Positions 55,368-64,000 of a stretch of DNA of 64,000 nt are shown here, piece by piece. Numbering within the stretch: position 1 is the first letter of the stretch; each line of letters starts with the position of its first letter. The stretch is from NCBI RefSeq assembly GCF_009914755.1, contig NC_060947.1, one strand, 5' to 3'. The DNA comes from the human T2T-CHM13v2.0 reference genome, Homo sapiens. A program made the position numbers and the translations under genes. The notes below the pieces were generated by a model. That model made no database searches, was not told the DNA's origin, and saw only the letters and a program-made list of their open reading frames with translations.

Positions 55368-55420
55368 TCCAGCCTGGGTGACAAAGCGAGACTCCGTCTC
55401 AAAAGAAAAAATGAAAAAAA
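55368..55420 (+). mobile_element. Alu 3'-terminal stub (33 bp plus A tail)
   Basis: tccagcctgggtgacaaagcgagactccgtctcaaaag... Confidence 0.9.
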
Positions 55421-55474
55421 TTACCTAAACACAATAAAGGCCACATATGAAAAGCCCACAACTAACATTATACT

Positions 55475-55844
55475 TGTATTAGTCCATTTTCATGCAGCTG
55501 AAAAAGACACACTCGAGACTGGGAAATTTATGGAAGAAAGAGGTTTAATTGGACTCTCAGTTCCACATGGCTGGGGAGGCCTCACAATCATGGTAGAAGG
55601 CAGGGAGGAGCAAGTCACATCTTGTGTGGATGGCAGCAGGCAAAGAAAACTTGTGCAGGGAAACTCCCATTTTTTTTAAACCATCAGATCTCATGAGACT
55701 CACTCATTATCAAGAGAACAGTGCAGGAAAGACCTGCCCCCATAATTCAATCACTTCCCACCTGGTTCCTCCCACAACATGTAGGAATTTTGGGAGTTAC
55801 AATTCAAGATGAGACTTCAGGGGGGACAAGTCCAAACCATCTCA
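55475..55844 (-). mobile_element. THE1 (THE1A-like) solo LTR nested in L1M
   Basis: Perfect TSD atact (55470-55474 and 55845-55849). Confidence 0.92.
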
Positions 55845-56409
55845 ATACTCAAAGTAAAATACTGAAAGTTTTTTCTCTTTTATCTGGAATAAGTCAAGGA
55901 TACCTATGCTTACCACCTTCTATTCAACATTGTACTGAAAGTCCTAACAAAAGCAGTTAGGCAAGACAAAAAGCAAAGGCATCTGAAATTGAAAGGAACA
56001 AGTAAAATGATCTCTGTATACAGATGACATGATCTCGTATGTAGAGAGCACTAAAGTCTAAAAACACACACACACACATACACAAACTCTTAGAACTAAT
56101 AAATTCAGTAAAGTTGTAGAATATGAAATCAACATTAGAAAGTCAGTTGCATTTCTATAAACTAATAATGAGCTATCCAAAAGAAATATAAACTTGACAA
56201 AAACAGAAACAAAACAAAGAAACAAAAAACAAAAGGAAAGAAAGAAACTTTTGGAGGTGATGAATCTGTTTAGTACCTTGATTGTGATAATAAAAACACA
56301 AGGGAATACATATGTCCAAAGTCACCATATTATATATGTTAATTATGCGCAGCTTTATGTATAAAACTGCACCTCAGCAAAGCTGGGGGAAGAAAGAAAA
56401 ACTATGTAA

Positions 56410-57510
56410 TTATATAAACTTTGATGCAAAAAACCCTTTATCAATACTCAATGCCAATTTATGACAACAGATGTTTACAAGAAATCTACAGCTAACTTTA
56501 TACATAATGGTGAAAGGTTACATTTTTTCACCTTAATTTTGGGGAAAAGGCACTAATGTTCTTTTCCAATACTTTTATTCAGCACCATAATTGAAGTCCT
56601 ATCTAGTGTAATAGGCAAGGAAATAAATAACAATTTACATAGAAGGAAGGAAAAAACCTCTTCTTATTTGTGAGCAATATAATTGTACATCTAGAAATAT
56701 TCTTTAATTCTCAAGGAATAAAAATAATATTTCTAGGACTAATAAGTAGGTTAAATATTATTTCAAAAGACCTAAGTAACGAAAATGCATACCATGTTTG
56801 TGGACTGAAAGTTTCAACATAGTCAAAATGTCAAATCTCCTCAAATTGTTCTAGAGATTTAATGCAATTTTAACCAAAATCCCAACTGTTTTTTACAGAT
56901 TTCAACAAATTCAGCTAATCCTAAAAATTATACTGAGGGTCAAAAGAGCTAGCATAGTTGAAACAATTTTGAAAAAGAAGAATAAATTGCACTACACAAT
57001 TTTAAGATTTACCATAATGCCACAGTGATTAAGACAGCATGCTACTGACAAAAACACACATAGACAAATGGAATAGAAAAAAAAGAGTCCCAAAATTGAC
57101 CGATATACATAACCAATTTATTTGACAAAGATATAAATCAATGCAACAGAAAAGGGTATTTTAAACAATATTCAGTAATATAAAAAATACACAATTGATA
57201 CTTTCAACAACTTAGATAAATCTGAAACGCATTGTACTGAGTAAAATGAACAAGTCTCAAAATATTACATACTATAAAGTTCTACTTTTATGACATTTTC
57301 AAATAGATAACAAATATTGTAATTAAGAATAGATTAGTTGTTGGTGTAGATTAGGCATGGGAAGAAGATGTTGCTATAAAGAGATGCATAAAGGAGATTT
57401 GAGGGCTTATATCCCTGATTTGTGTCATCATTACAGTGGTCGTTACATCAACTTGTACACAAAAAAATAATCAAATTTTGTACTAATTTTTACAAATAAA
57501 ATTTTAAATT
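56410..57510 (+). mobile_element. Very old L1M(E-like) fragment
   Basis: Degenerate ORF2 and 3'UTR motifs. Confidence 0.6.
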
Positions 57511-57809
57511 AAACGATGGTTTCAATAGGAAAAAATAAAAAATATGTGAACATCTTTTCTCCTTGAACTTGTATTTCTGTTTTACTCCCCCCACAGAGTA
57601 TTACAATATATTAATATGTTTAAAAGTATCTTACTGATCACTCCCACATACTTGTATTTATATATATAATTTTATTTTTATTTTTTGTGACCATGAGTCT
57701 CTAATTGCTTTTATTTCCTAGAGTGAGTTGCCATTACTACTATGCATAGCACATAATTGATAAAACTACATGACTATATCACACATTTTTTGAAAATTAC
57801 TTAATATGA

Positions 57810-60800
57810 AAAAGCAGAAAACCAGGAAAGCCGAGAGGACCCACAGACCCTCTGAAAAAAGCGGACTGCCCTGCAGGACCCAGGAGACACCCCAATACTG
57901 TGAGTGCCCAAACTGTGGTAGTGAGAAAGGGAGATCCTTCGCTCCTGAACACACATTCCCACTGGGGAAACTGAAGGTCTAGTTTGCGGGAGAAATTTCT
58001 GACCTTACCTGGAACTGAGTGAATTTAGAGCGTTGAGTGAAATACGGGGTAGAGGAAGCAACAGAAAAGGCCCTGGGAGCTTGCTGGGTCCCCAAGCAGG
58101 CAACTCCTGCCTGGCACCACAGGGATCCTTCAGAAGGGCAGCCAGAGGCAAGGGGGAAAATGCCACAAGGAGAAGAAAGTCTCCAGCTGAACTTTGTAAC
58201 AATTTGAAAAGGGTGAGAAGCCTCCTGATCAGAACTTGGGGGAGGGCACTAATCCAGTGTGCAGACTCCACAGGCAAGAGAAGAACCAAAGCCCTTTTCT
58301 TTCACAGCTGGGAGGTGGGTAGCCTCAGGCAAGTTCTCAAGCCCTTCTCCTCCACTGCCTGGAAACAGACTCAGTGCTGTTAGCGGGGGGGGACATGGTG
58401 GGAGCTGGATGAGGCCTGTGACTGCTGGCTTTCCCCCACTTCCTTGACAACCTGCATGGCTCAGCAGAGGCAACCATAATCCTTCTAGGTACACAACTCC
58501 ATTGACCTGGGAATTTAACTCCCATCTCCAACAGCAGCCACAGCAAGACCCACCCAAAAAGAATCTGAGCTCAAATATGCCTAGCCCTGCCCCCACCTGA
58601 TGGGCCTTCCCTACCCACCCTAGCAGCTGAAGACAAATAACATATACTCTTAAGAATTCTAGGGCCCTGTCCACCAGCAATTCTTCTCCATACTACCACA
58701 GCTGATGCTCTCTAGAAAGAACCACCTCCCTGCAGGAGGCCAACCAGCACAAAAGCAGAACATTAAACCACCAAAGCTAAGAGCACTCACAGAGTCCATT
58801 TCACCCCCCGCCAGCCACCTCCACCAGAACAGGTACTGGTATCCATGGCTGAGATACCCATAGATGGTTCACATCACAGGATTCTATGCAGACAACATCC
58901 AGTACCAGCCCAAAGCCTGGTAGACTTGCTGGGTGGCTACACCCAGAATAGAGATAACAATCACTGCAGATCAGCTCTCAGGAAACCACATACATAGGAA
59001 AAGGGGGAGAGTACTACATCAAGGAAACACCCCATGGGACAAAAGAATCTGAATGACAGACTTCAGCCCTAGACCTTTTCTCTGACAGAGCCTACCCAAA
59101 TGAGAAGGAACCAGAAAACTAACTCTGGCAATACGACAAAACAAGGCTCTCTAACACCCCCCCAAAATTGCACTAGCTCACCAGCAATGGATACAAACCA
59201 AGAAGAAATCCCATATTTACCTAAAAAAGAATTCAGGAGGTTAGTTATTAAGCCAATCAGGGTGGCACAAGAGAAAGGCAAACTCAATGCAAGGGAATCC
59301 AAAAAAAAAATGATACAAGAAGCAAAGGGGGAAATATTCAAGGAAATAGATAGCATAAAGAAAAAAACAATCAAAACTTCAGAAAACATTGGACACACTT
59401 ATAGAAATGCAAAATGTTCTAGAAAGTCTCAGCAATAAAATTGAACAAGTAGAAGAAATTCAGAGCTTGAAGACAAGGTCTTTGAATTAACCCAATCCAT
59501 CAAAGGCAAAGAAAAAAGAATTAGAAAATATGAACAAAGCCTCCAAGAAGTTTGGGGTTATGTTAAACGACCAAACCTAAGAATAATCAGTGTCACTGAG
59601 AAAGAAGAGAAATCTAAAAGTTTGGATAATTTGGGGGAATAATTGAGGAAAACTTCCTCAGCCTTGCTAGAGACCTAGACATCCAAATACAAGAAGCACA
59701 AAGAACACCTGGGAAATTCATCACACAAGATGAAGGAAAGAATCTTAAGAGCTGTGAGACAAAAGCACCAGGTAACCTATAAAAGAAAACCTATCAGATT
59801 AACAGCACATTTCTCAGCAGAAACCCTACAAGCTAGACGGGGTTGGGGCCCTATCTTCAACATCCTAGAACAAAACAATTATCAGTAAAGAATTTTGTCT
59901 CCAATGAAAGTAAGCATCATATATGAGGGAAAGATAGTCTTTTCCAGACAAACAAATGCTGAGAGAATTTGCCACTACCAAGCCACAAAAACAAGACCTG
60001 TGAAAAGGAGCTCTAAATCTGGAAACAAATCCTGGAAACACATCAAAACAGAACCTTTAAAGGCTAAATCACACAGGACCTATAAAACAAATGACAATTT
60101 AAAAAGCAGAAACAAAAGAACACGGTACACAGCAAAATGAATGGAATGGTACTTCACATCTCAATACTAACACTGAATATAAATGGCCTAAATGCTCCAC
60201 TAAAAAGGTAAAGAACTGCAGAATGGATAAGAACTCACCAACCAACTATCTGCTGGCTTCAGGAGACTCACCTAACACATAAGGACTCACATAAACTTAA
60301 AGTAAAGGGGTGGAAAAAGGCATTTCATGCAAATGGACACAAAGTGAGCAGGCATACCTATTCTTATATCAGACAAAAAAAACTTTAAAGCCACAGCAGT
60401 TAAAAGAGACAAAGAAGGATATTATATAACGGTAAAAGGCCTTGTCCAACAGGAAAATATTGCAATCCTAAACATATATGCACCTAACACTGGAGCTCCC
60501 AAATTTATAAAACAGTTAGTAATAGACCTAAGAAATGAGATAGACAGCAATGCAATAATAGTGGGGGACTTCAATACTCCACTGACAACACTACTCAGGT
60601 CATCACAACAGAAAGTCAGCAAAGAAACAATGGATTTAAACTATACCTTTGAACAAATGGACTTAACAGATACATACAGAACATTTCATCAAACAACCAC
60701 AAACTACACATTCTATTCAACAGTGTGTGAAACTTTCTTCAAGATAGACCATATGATAGGCCATAAAACAAGCCTCAATAAATTTAAGAAAATTAAAAGT

Positions 60801-61069
60801 ATACCAAGCACTCTCTCAGACCACAGTGGAATAAAACTGGAAATCAACTCCAAAAGAACCTACAAAACTATGCAAATACATGGAAATTAAATATCCTGCT
60901 TCTGAATAAGCATTGGGTCAAAAATGAAATGAAGATGGAAATTTAAAAATTCTTTGAACTGAATGACAATAATGACATAATTTATCAAAACCTCTGGGAT
61001 ATAGCAAAGGCAGTAGTAAGAGGAAATTTCATAGCCCTAAACACCTACATCAAAAGACAAAGAAATAGT
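57810..61069 (+). mobile_element. L1PB-type element (5'UTR, ORF1 from 59100, EN part of ORF2), interrupted by L1PA3
   Basis: MRRNQKTNSGN ORF1 start; GDFNTPL and SDHSGIK in the EN fragment. Confidence 0.85.
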
Positions 61070-61522
61070 GGGGGAGGAGCCAAGATGGCCAAATAGGAAG
61101 AGCTCCAGTCTACAGCTCCCAGCATGAGCGACGCAGAAGACGGGTGATTTCTGCATTTCCATCTGAGGTACCGGGTTCATCTCACTACAGAGTGCCAGAC
61201 AGTGGGTGCAGGACTGTGGGTGCAGTGCACCATGTGTGAGCCAAAGCAGGGTGAGGCATTGCCTCACTCGGGAAGTGCAAGGGATCAGGGAGTTCCCTTT
61301 CCTGGTCAAGGAAAGGGGTGACAGACGGCACCTGGAAAATCGGGCCACTCCCACCTGAATACTGTGCTTTTCCGACGGGCTTAGGAAACGGTGCACCAGG
61401 AGATTATATCCCGCACGTGGCTCAGAGGGTCCTACACCCATGGAGTCTCGCTGATTGCTAGCACAGCAGTCTGAGATCAAACTGCAAGGCGGCAGCAAGG
61501 CTGGGGGAGGGGCGCCCGCCAT
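61037..61522 (-). CDS. L1 ORF0, extended (161 aa)
   Basis: [27 protein letters not shown]... matches ORF0; Kozak gcaATGG; stop lies outside the L1. Confidence 0.6.
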   Translation of the reverse strand: MAGAPPPALLPPCSLISDCCASNQRDSMGVGPSEPRAGYNLLVHRFLSPSEKHSIQVGVARFSRCRLSPLSLTRKGNSLIPCTSRVRQCLTLLWLTHGALHPQSCTHCLALCSEMNPVPQMEMQKSPVFCVAHAGSCRLELFLFGHLGSSPTISLSFDVGV

Positions 61523-62105
61523 TGCCCAGGCTCGCTTAGGTAAATAAAGGAGCCGGGAAGCTCGAACTGGGTGGAGCCAACCACAGCTCAAGGAGGCCTG
61601 CCTGCCTCTGTAGGCTCCACCTCTGGGGGCAGGGTACAGACAAAAAAAAAGACAGCAGTAACCTCTGCAGACTTAAATGTCCCTGTCTGACAGCTTTGAG
61701 GAGAGCAGTGGTTCTCCCAGCATGCAGTTGGAGATCTGAGAACAGGCAGACTGCCTCCTCAAGTGGGTCCCTGACCCCTGAACCCCGAGCAGCCTAACTG
61801 GGATGCACCCCCCAGTAGGGGCAGACTGACACCTCACATGGCCGGATACTCCTCTGAGACAAAACTTCCAGAGGAACGATCAGACAGCAGCATTCGCAGA
61901 TCACGAAAATCCGCGGTTCTGCAGACACCACTGCTGATACCCAGGCAAACAGGGTCTGGAGTGGACCTCTAGCAAACTCCAACAGACCTGCAGCTCAGGG
62001 TCCTGTCTGTTAGAAGGAAAACTAACAAACAGAAAGGCCATCCACACCAAAAATCCATCTGTACATCACCATCATCAAAGACCAAAAGTAGATAAAACCA
62101 CAAAG

Positions 62106-63123
62106 ATGGGGAAAAAACAGAGCAGAAAAACTGGAAACTCTAAAAAGCAGAGCACCTTTCCTCCTCCAAAGGAACACAGTTCCTCACCAGCAATGGAACA
62201 AAGCTGGATGGAGAATGACTTTGACGAGTTGAGAGAAGAAGGCTTCAGACGATCAAACTACTCTGAGCTACAGGAGGAAATTCAAACCAAAGGCAAAGAA
62301 GCTGAAAACTTTGAAAAAAAATTTAGACGAATGTATAACTAGAATAACCAATACAGAGAAGTGCTTAAAGGAGCTGCTGGAGCTGAAAGCCAAGGCTCGA
62401 GAACTACTTGAAGAATGCAGAAGCCTCAGGAGCCAATGGGATCAACTGGAAGAAAGGGTATCAGTGATGGAAGATGAAATGAATGAAATGAAGTGAGAAG
62501 GGAAGTTTAGAGAAAAAAGAATAAAAAGAAATGAACAAAGCCTCCAAGAAACATGGGACTATGTGAAAAGACCAAATCTATGTCTGATTGGTGTACCTGA
62601 AAGTGACAGGGAGAATGGAACCAAGTTGGAAAAGACTCTGCAGGATATTATCCAGGAGAACTTCCCCAATCTAGCAAGGCAGGCCAACATTCAGATTCAG
62701 GAAATACAGAGAATGCCACAAAGATACTTCTCGAGAAGAGCAACTCCAAGACACATAATTGTCAGATTCACCAAAGTTGAAATGACGGAAAAAATATTAA
62801 GGGCAGCCAGAGAGAAAGGTCGGGTTACCCACAAAGGGAAGTTCATCAGAAAAACAGCGGATCTCTCGGCAGACACTCTACAAGCCAGAATAGAGTGGGG
62901 GCCAATATTCAACATTCTTAAAGAAAAGAATTTTCAACCCAGAATTTCATATCCAGCCAAACTAAGCTTCATAAGTGAAGGAGAAATAAAATACTTCATA
63001 GACAAGCAAATGCTGAGAGATTTTGTCACCACCAGGCCTGCCCTAAAAGAGCTCCTGAAGGAAGCACTAAACATGGAAAGGAACAACCGGTACCAGCTGC
63101 TGCAAAATCATGCCAAAATGTAA
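62106..63123 (+). pseudogene. L1 ORF1, disrupted
   Basis: +1 frameshift in the A-run at about 62314-62321 and TGA at 62494-62496. Confidence 0.92.
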
Positions 63124-63171
63124 AGATCATTGAGACTAGGAAGAAGCTGCATCAACTAACGAGCAACATAA

Positions 63172-64000
<829 letters not shown>

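Larger units (their letters stand above)
50362..56396 (+). mobile_element. Old full-length L1M with an internal deletion and nested insertions
   Basis: 5' caagatagtggaat; ORF1 remnant at about 51310-52250; long inter-ORF; EN start at about 52749; degenerate TSD aaaaacatgta / aaaaactatgta. Confidence 0.8.

Overview
Repeat-dense, AT-rich primate genomic DNA (an L1PA3-type LINE and an LTR7 HERV-H point to a hominoid). There are no prokaryotic features and no intact host gene. Main contents: a complete HERV-H provirus with a 5-bp TSD (1323-7302); two full-length L1s head-to-head (16750-22845 minus, 26130-32561 plus); full MST and THE1C MaLR elements; a 1.2-kb TSD-flanked retrocopy stacked on an older L1 stub; an old full-length L1M carrying nested insertions; and an L1PB interrupted by a young L1PA3 that runs off the window end. 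Two signals stand out. (1) A decayed multi-exon gene on the minus strand (about 33400-50340) sits in the unique islands between repeats. Several of its splice junctions are phase-compatible, and its peptide shows an ordered series of motifs resembling Mab-21/cGAS-like nucleotidyltransferases, making it a candidate lost cGLR-type unitary pseudogene. (2) The HERV-H has a tandem tRNA-Phe plus tRNA-His double primer-binding site. All family and subfamily calls come from recalled consensus motifs, not from database searches.
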